Positions 13,392-25,297 of a stretch of 43,616 bases of DNA are shown piece by piece. A program made the position numbers and the translations under genes. This DNA is from Azolla caroliniana (Eukaryota > Plantae > Polypodiophyta). The stretch covers positions 1-43,616 of the forward strand of contig JBHGNT010000261.1 in assembly GCA_043228905.1 (NCBI GenBank). Reading direction: 5' to 3'. The notes beneath the pieces were generated by a model. That model ran no database searches. It had not been told where the DNA came from and worked only from the letters and a program-made list of their open reading frames with translations. Position 1 is the stretch's first letter. Every line of letters begins with the position of its first letter.

Positions 13392-14805
13392 GTACAAAGT
13401 TGATAGAGTCAAAGGTTCTCTGTCATCACCATCGCTTGTTTACAATAATAAATCACAGAAACGCAAGATTCCTCAATGATTAGAAATAGAGTGAATAACT
13501 CTAACAGGCAAGATTTAATTAGATATCTATGCTAAGACTTAAATTTGAATGCGCAAGTCACATGAGACGCTTTCGGTTTCGCAAGTCATATGAGATGTTT
13601 TAGGTTTCTCAACACGTATTATCCTTTCAAATTCGATACGTATGGATATTTTGAATTCGAGGCATCCGTTGTAACCCACTACAAGTAGGTTATGTGACCA
13701 CAAGGTTTTATGTCTTGTATTTGTTAATTATGAGACTTTTTTCGTCTAAGATGTCTCCCACCTGTACTAGACTTGTTGTTTACATTGCCGGGACTTGAAC
13801 CCGAGTCGCTCGGGAGAAAGCTGAGTATCCTAACCACATGTAGATTATGTCACCACAAGGTTTTATGTGTTGTATTTGTTAATTATGAAGGATTTTTTGT
13901 CTAAGATGTCTCCAACCTGAACTAGACTTGATATTTCCATTGCCGGGACTTGAACCAGGGTCACTCGGGTGAAAGCCGAGTATCCTAACCAACTAGACTA
14001 CAATGGAGTACAAAGTTGATAGAGTCAAAGGTTCTTTGTCATCACCATCGCTTCTTTACAATAATAAATCACAGAAACGCAATATTCCTCAATGATTAGG
14101 AATAGAGTGAATAACTCTAACAGGCAAGATATAATTAGATATCTATGCTAAGACTTAAATTTGAATGCGCAAGTCACATGAGACGCTTTCGGTTTCGCAA
14201 GTCATATGAGACGTTTTAGGTTTTTCAACACGTATTGTCCTTTCAAATTCGATACGTATCGATATTTTGAATTCGAGGCAACCGTTGTAACCAAGATTAT
14301 GTAGATTATGCACAACAAGCTTTTATGTCTTGTATTTGTTAATTATGAGACCTATTTCGTTTAAGATGTGTCCAACCTAAACTAGACTTGAACCAGGGTC
14401 GCTCGGGTGAAAGCCGAGTATCCTAACCAACTAGACTACAATGGAGTCCGGAATTGATAGAGTCGAAGGCTGTTTCTCATCAGCATGGATTCTTTACAAT
14501 CATAAATTGCAAAAACGAAATATTCCTCAATGATTAGGAATAGAGTGAATAATTCTAACAGGCAAAATTTAATTAGATATCTATGCTAATGCTTAATTTT
14601 GAATGAGCAAGTCACGTGAGATGTTTTAGGTTTTTCAACACGTATTATCCTTTCAAATTCGATACGTATGGATATTTTGAATTCGAGGCATCCGCTGTAA
14701 TCCACTACATGTATATTATGCCACCACAAGGTTTTATGTGTTGTATTTGTTAATTATGAGAGATTTTTCGTCTAAGATGTCTCCAACCTGAACTAGACTT
14801 GATAT

Positions 14806-14878
14806 TTCCATTGCCGGGACTTGAACCCGGGTCGCTCGGGTGAAAGCCGAGTATCCTAACCAACTAGACTACAATGGA
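14806..14878 (-). tRNA. tRNA-Glu(UUC), consensus-intact copy
   Basis: Identical 73-nt cloverleaf. Confidence 0.92.
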
Positions 14879-16475
14879 GTACAAAGTTGATAGAGTCAAA
14901 GGTTCTTTGTCATCACCATCGCTTCTTTACAATAATAAATCACAGAAACGCAAGATTCCTCAATGATTAGAAATAGAGTGAATAACTCTAACAGGCAAGA
15001 TTTAATTTGATATCTATGCTAAGACTTAAATTTGAATGCGCAAGTCACATGAGACGCTTTCGGTTTCGCAAGTCATATGAGACGTTTTAGGTTTCTCAAC
15101 ACGTATTATCCTTTCAAATTCGATACGTATGGATATTTTGAATTCGAGGCATCCGTTCTAACCCACTACAAGTAGGTTATGTGACCACAAGGTTTTATGT
15201 CTTGTATTTGTTAATTATGAGACTTTTTTCGTCTAAGATGTCTCCCACCTGTACTAGACTTGTTGTTTACATTGCCGGGACTTGAACCCGAGTCGCTCGG
15301 GAGAAAGCTGAGTATCCTAACCACATGTAGATTATGTCACCACAAGGTTTTATGTGTTGTATTTGTTAATTATGAAGGATTTTTTGTCTAAGATATCTCC
15401 AACCTGAACTAGACTTGATATTTCCATTGTCGGGACTTGAACCAGGGTCGCTCGGGTGAAAGCCGAGTATCCTAACCAACTAGACTACAATGGAGTACAA
15501 AGTTGATAGAGTCAAAGGTTCTTTGTCATCACCATCGCTTCTTTACAATAATAAATCACAGAAACGCAAGATTCCTCAATGATTAGGAATAGAGTGAATA
15601 ACTCTAACAGGCAAGATATAATTAGATATCTATGCTAAGACTTAAATTTGAATGCGCAAGTCACATGAGACGCTTTCGGTTTCGCAAGTCATATGAGACG
15701 TTTTAGGTTTTTCAACACGTATTGTCCTTTCAAATTCGATACGTATCGATATTTTGAATTCGAGGCAACCGTTGTAACCAAGATTATGTAGATTATGCAC
15801 AACAAGCTTTTATGTCTTGTATTTGTTAACTATGAGACCTATTTCGTTTAAGATGTGTCCAACCTAAACTAGACTTGAACCCGGGTCACTCAGGTGAAAG
15901 CCGACTATGCTAACCAACTAGACTACAATGGAGTACGGAATTGATAGAATTGAAAGCTCTTTCTCATCACCATCGATTCTTTATAATCATAAATCGCAAA
16001 AACGCAAGATTCCTCAATGATTAGGAATAGAGTGAATAATTCTAACAAGCAAGATTTAATTAGATATCTATGCTAAGACTTAATTTTGAATGCGCAAATA
16101 ACATGAGACGCTTTAGGTTTCGCAAGTAATATCAGACGTTTTAGGTTTTTCAACACGTATTATCCTTTCAAATTCGATACGTATGGATATTTTGAATTCG
16201 AGGCATCCGTGGTAACCCACTACATGTAGGTTATGTAACCACAAGGTTTTATGTCTTGTATTTGTTAATTATGAAACTTTTTTCGTTTAAGATGTCTCCC
16301 ACCTGTACTAGACTTGTTGTTTACATTGCCGGGACTTGAACCCGGGTCGCTCGGGAGAAAGCTGAGTATCTTAAGCACATGTAGATTATGTCACCACAAG
16401 GTTTTATGTGTTGTATTTGTTAATTATGAGAGATTTTTCGTCTAAGATGTCTCCAACCTGAACTAGACTTGATAT

Positions 16476-16548
16476 TTCCATTGCCGGGACTTGAACCCGG
16501 GTCGCTCGGGTGAAAGCCGAGTATCCTAACCAACTAGACTACAATGGA
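16476..16548 (-). tRNA. tRNA-Glu(UUC), consensus-intact copy
   Basis: Identical 73-nt cloverleaf. Confidence 0.92.
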
Positions 16549-19471
16549 GTACAAAGTTGATAGAGTCAAAGGTTCTTTGTCATCACCATCGCTTGTTTAC
16601 AATAATAAATCACAGAAACGCAAGATTCCTCAATGATTAGAAATAGAGTGAATAACTCTAACAGGCAAGATTTAATTAGATATCTATGCTAAGACTTAAT
16701 TTTGAATGCGCAAGTCACATGAGACGCTTTCGGTTTCGCAAGTCATATGAGATGTTTTAGGTTTCTCAACACGTATTATCCTTTCAAATTCGATACGTAT
16801 GGATATTTTGAAATCGAGGCATCCGTTGTAACCCACTACATGTAGGTTATGTGACCACATTGTTTTATGTCTTGTATTTGTTAATTATGAGACTTTTTTC
16901 GTCTAAGATGTCTCCTACCTGTACTAGACCTTTTGTTTACATCGCCGGGACTTGAACCCGGGTCGCTCGGGAGAAAGCCGAGTAACCTAACCACATGTAG
17001 ATTATGTCACCACAAGGTTTTATGTGTTGTATTTGTTAATTATGAGAGATTTTTCGTCTAAGATGTCTCCAACCTAAACTAGACTTGATATTTCCATTGC
17101 CGGGACTTGAACCCGGGTAGCTCAGGTGAAAGCCGAGTATCCTAACCAACTAGACTACAATGGAGTACAAAGTTGATAGAGTCAAAGTTTCTTTGTCATC
17201 ACCATCGCTTCTTTACACTAATAAATCACAGAAACGCAAGATTCCTCAATGATTAGGAATAGAGTGAATAACTCTAACAGGCAAGATTTAATTAGATATC
17301 TATGCTAAAACTTAAGTTTGAATGTGCAAGTTACATGAGACACTTTCGGTTTCGCAAGTCATATGAGACGTTTTAGGTTTTTCAACACGTATTGTCCTTT
17401 CAAATTCGATACGTATCGATATTTTGAATTCGAGGCAACCGTTGTAACCGAGATTATGTAGATTATGCGCAACAAGCTTTTATGTCTTGTATTTGTTAAT
17501 TATGAGACTTATTTCGTTTAAGATGTGTCCAACCTAAACTAGACTTGAACCAGGGTCGCTCGGATGAAAGCCGAGTATCCTAACCAACAAGACTACAATG
17601 GAGTTCGGAATTAATAGAGTCGAAGGCTGTTTCTCATCACCATGGATTCTTTACAATCATAAATTGCAAAAACGAAATATTCCTCAATGATTAGGAATAG
17701 AGTGAATAATTCTAACAGGCAAAATTTAATTAGATATCTATGCTAATGCTTAATTTTGAATGAGCAAGTCACGTGAGATGTTTTAGGTGTTTCAACACGT
17801 ATTATCCTTTCAAATTCGATACGTATGGATATTTTGAATTCCAGGTATCCGCTGTAATCCACTACATGTAGATTATGTCACCACAACGTTTTATGTCTTG
17901 GATTTTTAATTATGAGACTTTTTTCGTCTAAGATGTGTGCAACCTGGACTAGTCTTGATATTTCGATTGCCGGGACTTGAACTCGGGTCGCTCCAGTGAA
18001 AGCCGAATATCCTAACCAACTAGACTACAATGGAGTACGGAATTGATAGAATTAAAAGCTCTTTCTCATCACCATCGATTCTTTATAATCATAAATCGCA
18101 AAAACGCAAAATTCCTCAATGATTAGGAATAGAGTCAAAAATTCTTCCAGGCAAGATTTAATTAGATATGTATGCTAAGACAAAATTTTGAATGCGCAAG
18201 CCACAAAAGACGCTTTAGGTCTAGCAAGTCATATCAGACGTTTTATGTTTTTCAAAAGGTATTATCCTTTCAAATTCGATACGTATCGATATTTCGAATT
18301 CGAGGCAACCGTTGTAACCCACTACATGTAGATTATATCACCACAACCTATTTTGTCTTGTATTTGTTAATTATGAGACTTTTTTCGTCTAAGATGTCTC
18401 CCACCTACACTAGACTTGTTGTTTCCATTACCGGGACTTGAACCCGGGTCGTTCGGGTGAAAGCCGAGTATCCTAACCTACTAGACTACAATGGAGTTTG
18501 GAATTGATAGAATTGAAGGCTGTTTCTCATCACCATGGATTCTTTAGAATCATAAATTGCAAAAACGAAATATTCCTCAATGATTAGGAATAGCGTGAAT
18601 AATTCTAACAGGCAAAATTTAATTAGATATCTATGCTAAGTCTTAATTTTGAATGAGCAAGTCACGTGAGATGTTTTAGGTTTTTCAACACGTATTATCC
18701 TTTCAAATTCGATACGTATGGATATTTTGAATTCGAGGCATCCGATGTAATCCACTACATATAGATTATGTCACCACAAGGTTTTATGTCTTGGATTTGT
18801 TAATTATGAGACTTTTTTCGTCTAAGATGTCTCCAACCTGAACTAGACTTGTTGTTTACATTGCAAAGACTTGAACCCAGGTCACTCAAGTGAAAGCCGA
18901 CTATCCTAACCAACTAGACTACAATGGAGTACAGAATTGATAGAATTGAAAGCTCTTTCTCATCACCATCGATTCTTTATAATCATAAATCGCAAAAATG
19001 CAAGATTCCTCAATGATTAGGAATAGAGTGAATAATTCTAACTGGCAAGATTTAATTAGATATCTATGCTAAGACTTAATTTTGAATGCGAAAATAACAT
19101 GAGACGCTTTAGGTTTCGCAAGTAATATCAGACGTTTTAGGTTTTCCAACACGTATTATCCTTTCAAATTCGATACGTATGGATATTTTGAATTCGAGGC
19201 ATCCGTTGTAACCCACTACATGTAGGTTATGTGACCACATTGTTTTATGTCTTGTATTTGTTAATTATGAGACTTTTTTCGTCTAAGATGTCTCCCACCT
19301 GTACTAGACTTGTTGTTTACATTGCCGGGACTTGAACCCGGGTCGCTCGGGAGAAAGCCGAGTATCCTAACCACATGTAGATTATGTCACCACAAGGTTT
19401 TATGTGTTGTATTTGTTAATTATGAGAGATTTCTCGTCTAAGATGTCTCCAACCTAAACTAGACGTGATAT

Positions 19472-19544
19472 TTCCATTGCCGGGACTTGAACCCGGGTCG
19501 CTCGGGTGAAAGCCGAGTATCCTAACCAACTAGACTACAATGGA
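19472..19544 (-). tRNA. tRNA-Glu(UUC), consensus-intact copy
   Basis: Identical 73-nt cloverleaf. Confidence 0.92.
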
Positions 19545-22500
19545 GTACAAAGTTGATAGAGTCAAAGGTTCATTGTCATCACCATCGCTTGTTTACAATA
19601 ATAAATCACAGAAACGCAAGATTCCTCAATGATTAGAAATAGAGTGAATAACTCTAACAGGCAAGATTTATTTAGATATCTATGCTAAGACTTAATTTTG
19701 AATGCGCAAGTCACATGAGACGCTTTCGGTTTCGCAAGTCATATAAGACGTTTTAGGTTTCTCAACACGTATTATCCTTTCAAATTCGATACGTATGGAT
19801 ATTTTCAATTCGAGGCATCCGTTGTAACCCACTACATGTAGGTTATGTGACCACAAGGTTTTATGTCTTGTATTTGTTAATTATGAGACTTTTTTCGTCT
19901 AAGATGTCTTCCACCTGTACTAGACTTGTTGTTTACATTGTCGGGACTTGAACCCGAGTCGCTCGGGAGAAAGCTGAGTATCCTAACCACATGTAGATTA
20001 TGTCACCACAAGGTTTTATGTGTTGTATTTGTTAATTATGAGAGATTTTTCGTCTAAGATGTCTCCAACCTGAACTAGACTTGATATTTCCATTGCCGGG
20101 ACTTGAACCCGGGTCGCTCGGGTGAAAGCCGAGTATCCTAACCAACTGGACTACAATGAGGTACAAAGTTGATATCAAAGGTTCTTTGTCATCACCATCG
20201 CTTGTTTACAATAATAAATCACAGAAACGCAAGATTCCTCAATGATTAGAAATAGAGTGAATAACTCTAACAGGCAAGATTTAATTAAATATCTATGCTA
20301 AGACTTAAATTTGAATGCGAAGGTCACATGATACGCTTTCGGTTTCGCAAGTCATATGAGACGTTTTAGGTTTTTCAACACGTATTGTCCTTTCAAATTC
20401 GATACGTATCGATATTTTGAATTCGAGGCAACCGTTGTAACCGAGATTATGTAGATTATGCGCAACAAGCTTTTATGTCTTGTATTTGTTAATTATGAGA
20501 CTTATTTCGTTTAAGATGTGTCCAACCTAAACTAGACTTGAACCAGGGTCGCTCGGATGAAAGCCGAGTATCCTAACCAACTAGACTACAATGGAGTTCG
20601 GAATTGATAGAGTCGAAGGCTGTCTCTAATCACCATGGATTCTTTATAATCATAAATTGCAAAAACGAAATATTCCTCAATGATTAGGAGTAGAGTGAAT
20701 AATTCTAACAGGCAAAATTTAATTAGATATCTATGCTAATGCTTAATTTTAAATGAGCAAGTCACGTGAGATGTTTTAGGTTTTTCAACACGTATTATCC
20801 TTTCAAATTCGATACGTATGGATATTTTGAATTCGAGGTATCCGCTGTAATCCACTACATGTAGATTATGTCACCACAAGGTTTTATGTCTTGGATTTGT
20901 TAATTATGAGACTTTTTTCGTCTAAGATGTGTGCAACCTGAACTAGTCTTGATATTTCCATTGCCGGGACTTGAACTCGGGTCGCTCAGGTGAAAGCCGA
21001 ATATCCTAACCAACTAGACTACAATGGAGTACGGAATTGATAGAATTGAAAGCTCTTTCTCATCACCATCGATTCTTTATAATCATAAATCGCAAAAACG
21101 CAAGATTCCTCAATGATTAGGAATAGAGTGAATAATTCTAACAGGCAAGATTTAATTAGATATCTATGCTAAGACTTAATTTTGAATGCGTAAGTAACAT
21201 GAGACGTTTTAGATTTCGCAAGTAATATCAGACGTTTTAGGTTTTTCAACACGTATTATCCTTTCAAATTCGATACGTATGGATATTTTGAATTCGAGGC
21301 ATCCGTTGTAACCCACTACATGTAGGTTATGTGACCACAAGGTTTTTTGTCTTGTATTTTTTAATTATGAGACTTTTTTCGTCTAAGATGTCTCCAACCT
21401 GAACTAGACTTGTTGTTTACATTGCAAAGACTTGAACCCGGGTCGCTCGGGTGAAAGCCGACTATCCTAACCACATGTAGATTATGTCACCACAAGGTTT
21501 TATGTGTTATATTTGTTAATTATGAGAGATTTTTCGTCTAAGATGTCTCCAACTTGAACTAGACTTGATATTTCCATTGCCGGGACTTGAACCCGGGTCA
21601 CTTGGGTGAAAGCCGAGTATCCTAACCAACTACACTACAATGGAGTACGAAGTTGATAGAGTTGAAGGCTCTTTCTCATTATTATCGATTCTTTACAACC
21701 ATAAATCGCAGAAACGCAAGATTTCCCACTGATTAGGAATAGAGTGAATAATTGTACCAGGCAAGATTTAATTAGATATGTATGCTAAGACATAATGTTG
21801 AATGTGCAAGCCACAAAAGACGCTTTAGGTCTAGCAAGTCATATAAGACGTTTTATTTTTTTCAACAGGTATTATCCTTTGAAATTCGATACTTATCGAT
21901 ATTTCGAATTCGAGGCAACCGTTGTAACCCACTACATGTAGATTATATCACCACAAGGTTTGTTGTCTTGTATTTGTTAATTATGAGTCTTTTTTCGTCT
22001 AAGATGTCTCCTACCTAAACTAGACTTGTTGTTTCCATTGCCGGGACTTGAACCCGGGTCGCTCGGGTGAAAGCCGAGTATCCTAACCAACTAGAGTACA
22101 ATGGAGTTCAGAAGTGATAGAGTTGAAGGTTGTATCTCATCACCATGGATTCTTTACAATCATAAATTGCAAAAACGAAATATTTCTCAATGATTAGGAA
22201 TAGCGTGAATAATTCTGACAGGCAAGATTTAATTAGATATCTATGCTAAGACTTAATTTTGAATAAGCAAATCACGTGAGATGTTTTAGGTTTTTCAACA
22301 CGTATTATCCTTTCAAATTCGATACGTATGGATATTTTCAATTCGAGGCATCCGCTGTAATCCACTACATGTAGATTATGTCACCACAAGGTTTTATGTC
22401 TTGGATTTGTTAATTATGAGACTTTTTTCGTCTAAGAAGTCTGCAACCTGAACTAGACTTGATATTTCCATTGCCGGGACTTGAACCCGGGTCGCTCAGG

Positions 22501-22889
22501 TGAAAGCCGAGTATCGTAACCAACTAGACTACAATGGAGTACGGAATTGATAGAATTGAAAGCTCTTTCTCATCACCATCGATTCTTTATAATCATAAAT
22601 CGGAAAAATGGAAGATTCCTTAATGATTAGGAATAGAGTGAATAACTCTAACAGGCAAGATTTAATTAGATGTCTATGGTAAGAATTAATTTTGAATGCG
22701 CAAGTAACATGAGACGCTTTAGGTTTCGCAAGTAATATCATACGTTTTAGGTTTTTCAACACGTATTATCCATTCAAATTCGATACGTATCGATATTTCG
22801 AATTCCAGGCAACCGTTGTAACCCACTACATGTAGTTTATATCACCACAAGGTTTTTTGTCTTGTATTTGTTAATTATGAGACTTTTTT

Positions 22890-23019
22890 CGTCTACGATG
22901 TCTCCCACCTGTACTAGACTTGTTGTTTCCATTGCCGGGACTTGAACCCGGGTCGCTCGGGTGAAAGCCGAGTATCCTAACCAACTAGACTACAATGGAG
23001 TACAAAGTTGATAGAGTCA
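22890..23019. repeat. Left copy of 130-bp target-site duplication
   Basis: cgtctacgatg...gatagagtca identical to 28213-28342, including the variant ctacgatg (other B units read ctaagatg). Confidence 0.88.
22927..22999 (-). tRNA. tRNA-Glu(UUC), intact, inside left 130-bp duplication
   Basis: Identical 73-nt cloverleaf ending 20 bp from the PLE 5' junction. Confidence 0.93.
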
Positions 23020-23330
23020 TATACTATATGCCTTGTAGTCATATACCAACATAAATTTCTATTTTTATTACATCATATATTCTATACCTCCTAGTAGTCG
23101 TACACCCCCATAAACTTGGTTTTCTTCCCTCTACTTCTCTTACTCTTTCAATTCTCCATAGTAATAACTTTACCCCTACAAAAATTAGCAACTATTACAA
23201 AACCCTAAACCCTAACCTTCTAAACATACGCTCCATCCTACCCCACACTACCATATTTCCCTCTCTCATATCTTTCCCTCTTTTTCTCCCCTTCTCTCCG
23301 CTCTCTCCTCTTTTGTTCCAATACAGATAC

Positions 23331-24350
23331 ATGGCCACAAATGTCTCAACAGGAGAACCCAAAACACGATCCATTCAACGTCGTACACCCAACGCCGACG
23401 CACCCACAGATCCACCCTCAACCACCATCGCCGACATACCGACGGATCTACCCATAACCACCATCGACTTTGTGCCGAATTCTCCACCAATGACGACCAA
23501 TCTCAAGCACGTCGTCGCCAATACTCAAACGACCGTTGTAAACAGGGAAGCTCACTCACCCCACCCTCTTTCTTGTCAATTTACAAATAACGAAGTCCCA
23601 CATGAAATCCAACATCTATATAATGTGTGTCTTAACAACCCCAAATCCCCACCTAAAAAAATCCCCCCGTCATCTAGGATGCTACAACTAGATTTAGCCC
23701 CAACTAGCCCTAGTAGCACGCAAAGCATTCCCTCCCCCTCCCCCAAATCTCCATTTAGTTCACTCATAGAAAACTTAGGAGACCTTAAAATGGAAGGTTA
23801 TAAAGAATTCATCACCAAACTCTCGCCCGCAAAGAAGGTCATCTTCTTTCAGAAGTTGTTTGATACCTTTAGCTCACCTCCCCTAGAATGGGGTGGTGGA
23901 GATCCCCTTTGCATGCCTACAATAACAAAATCTCCTTTTGAACACGCCCATGTGTCCTCTAGCGACCACCACACCCACACAAACCCACGTCCACAAGACA
24001 AAGGTAAAAGGAAAATAACAACCCCAAACACACAAGAAAAGGGAAAAACTAGCATAGAAAACTCAAACCCGCCCCTCGAGGCAAAAAACTCTTTAGAAAA
24101 CTTACCTATTCCCATCCACTTTGACACCATTTGCCAAGGCTCCGTATTAGAATATAAAGAACTCTTGTCTAAACGCCATAGAGCCCAAGATGTACTCAAT
24201 AAATATGAAACCGATCTCAAAGAGAACTTCATCCCTAACTCCTTGCGCATTAACCCTCCTAGGGTAACGATAAATAATGAAAACGCACAAAATATCCTCA
24301 ATAAAAAACTAAACGATCTCACTGCAGAATATAGAAAAATTGCACCTTAG
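23331..24350 (+). CDS. PLE ORF1, N-terminal part (broken by apparent 1-nt deletion at 24335-24339)
   Basis: ATG at 23331. Pro/Ser/Thr-rich start, then helical region with FIPNSLRI, resembling the IPxxL motif of PLE N-terminal regions. Confidence 0.75.
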   Translation: MATNVSTGEPKTRSIQRRTPNADAPTDPPSTTIADIPTDLPITTIDFVPNSPPMTTNLKHVVANTQTTVVNREAHSPHPLSCQFTNNEVPHEIQHLYNVCLNNPKSPPKKIPPSSRMLQLDLAPTSPSSTQSIPSPSPKSPFSSLIENLGDLKMEGYKEFITKLSPAKKVIFFQKLFDTFSSPPLEWGGGDPLCMPTITKSPFEHAHVSSSDHHTHTNPRPQDKGKRKITTPNTQEKGKTSIENSNPPLEAKNSLENLPIPIHFDTICQGSVLEYKELLSKRHRAQDVLNKYETDLKENFIPNSLRINPPRVTINNENAQNILNKKLNDLTAEYRKIAP

Positions 24351-25297
24351 CGTTAATAGAGGCCCAAAAAACCCTAGCTATTAGTTTTACTGAAACTATC
24401 AACAAGTTCCCCACCACGGTTGAGCAAAGACTCCAAGACATTGTATCAATGCTCTTGGATATCCCATTGCACAACCTTGTCACATCACACCAATGGGAGG
24501 AAAAACTCCAACATTGGAAAAATGAAACTTTTGCTAAATTTAATAGCCACCTAGAGCAAGCCACCTTAGAATTTAGCATACAGATTTCCTTAGAAGCTAA
24601 AACTAAAGTGGCTAATAAATCAGCCCAGGACGCCATCGTCTCGAAATCCATGACGATGGGCAAAGAAAAAACAATAAATACTCTAATAGATGATGGGCTA
24701 AAAAAGATCAAGAATCAAGTAGACAATTACCTTAAACCGTTCCTAGAGAAAATTAATAAGGAAAACCCCAACACACATCCAAAAAACACGGCTACGCCCC
24801 CGACAAAAAACGGGGGCACAAGGACACACAAAGCATCAAATTCATCCCCCACTGCCCCCACCTCCTTCTTAAGGACCCAGTCCTTTATCCCAAGTTATGG
24901 ACAAAGCTATGCTTATCCCGTACCACCCACACATCCCATACCCCCCACGTACCCTATATTTGTCCCGATGAATGTACCACCACCTACCTCCCTACCCCCA
25001 CCTATGAAACAATCAATGTCTCACTTCGAGACCTTCAAACCCACCACACAGTCCTATCCTCGACCCTCAGTTCCTCGACCCCCAGTCCTTCAACCCCCAA
25101 TCCCTCGACCCCCAATTTCACGACCCACGCCTTACCCCCGGCCCACAGTCAAACGACCTACTCCTCATCCCAGGCCCCCAGTCCCGCAAGGCGCACCCAA
25201 CACACGCACCACGGGACCGAAACTAAATCCTCTACCAAGAAAATACGTAGGGGTAGACTTAGAAAATTACATTGGCTCCCGCTTCTTCAACCATTAA
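24335..25297 (+). CDS. PLE ORF1, C-terminal part (coiled-coil-like, then Pro-rich tail)
   Basis: Frame opens at 24335 directly after a TAG (KNCTLALIEAQKTLA...). Adding one A fuses both parts into ~655 aa. Confidence 0.75.
   Translation, partial: KNCTLALIEAQKTLAISFTETINKFPTTVEQRLQDIVSMLLDIPLHNLVTSHQWEEKLQHWKNETFAKFNSHLEQATLEFSIQISLEAKTKVANKSAQDAIVSKSMTMGKEKTINTLIDDGLKKIKNQVDNYLKPFLEKINKENPNTHPKNTATPPTKNGGTRTHKASNSSPTAPTSFLRTQSFIPSYGQSYAYPVPPTHPIPPTYPIFVPMNVPPPTSLPPPMKQSMSHFETFKPTTQSYPRPSVPRPPVLQPPIPRPPISRPTPYPRPTVKRPTPHPRPPVPQGAPNTRTTGPKLNPLPRKYVGVDLENYIGSRFFNH
24781..24817 (+). promoter_or_regulatory. Programmed -1 ribosomal frameshift signal
   Basis: In-frame A_AAA_AAC (24781-24787), 8-nt spacer, hairpin GCCCCCG/CGGGGGC (24796-24802/24811-24817), 21 nt after the RT frame opens. 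Confidence 0.85.

Larger units (their letters stand above)
10201..23019 (-). repeat. Tandem tRNA-Glu(UUC) array, spacer subfamily B (461-bp monomer, 155-bp short unit, 616-bp dimer)
   Basis: Same tRNA core. Spacer has tctcatcaccatcgattctttacaaccataaa and a ~28-bp internal duplication (gcaagtcacatgagacgctttaggtttc/gcaagtcatatcagacgttttagg). Periods 10147/10608/11069 and 12704/13320/13936. Confidence 0.95.

Noticed and set aside
419-22762. Many 60-92 aa ORFs in the array (also 29007, 35477, 36555, 38113)
   Set aside because: Chance translations of the tRNA/spacer repeat with inconsistent frames and no domains.
1-23019. CRISPR-like repeat-spacer appearance next to an RT
   Set aside because: Spacers are homologous to each other, the repeat is a tRNA gene, no cas genes, eukaryotic context.
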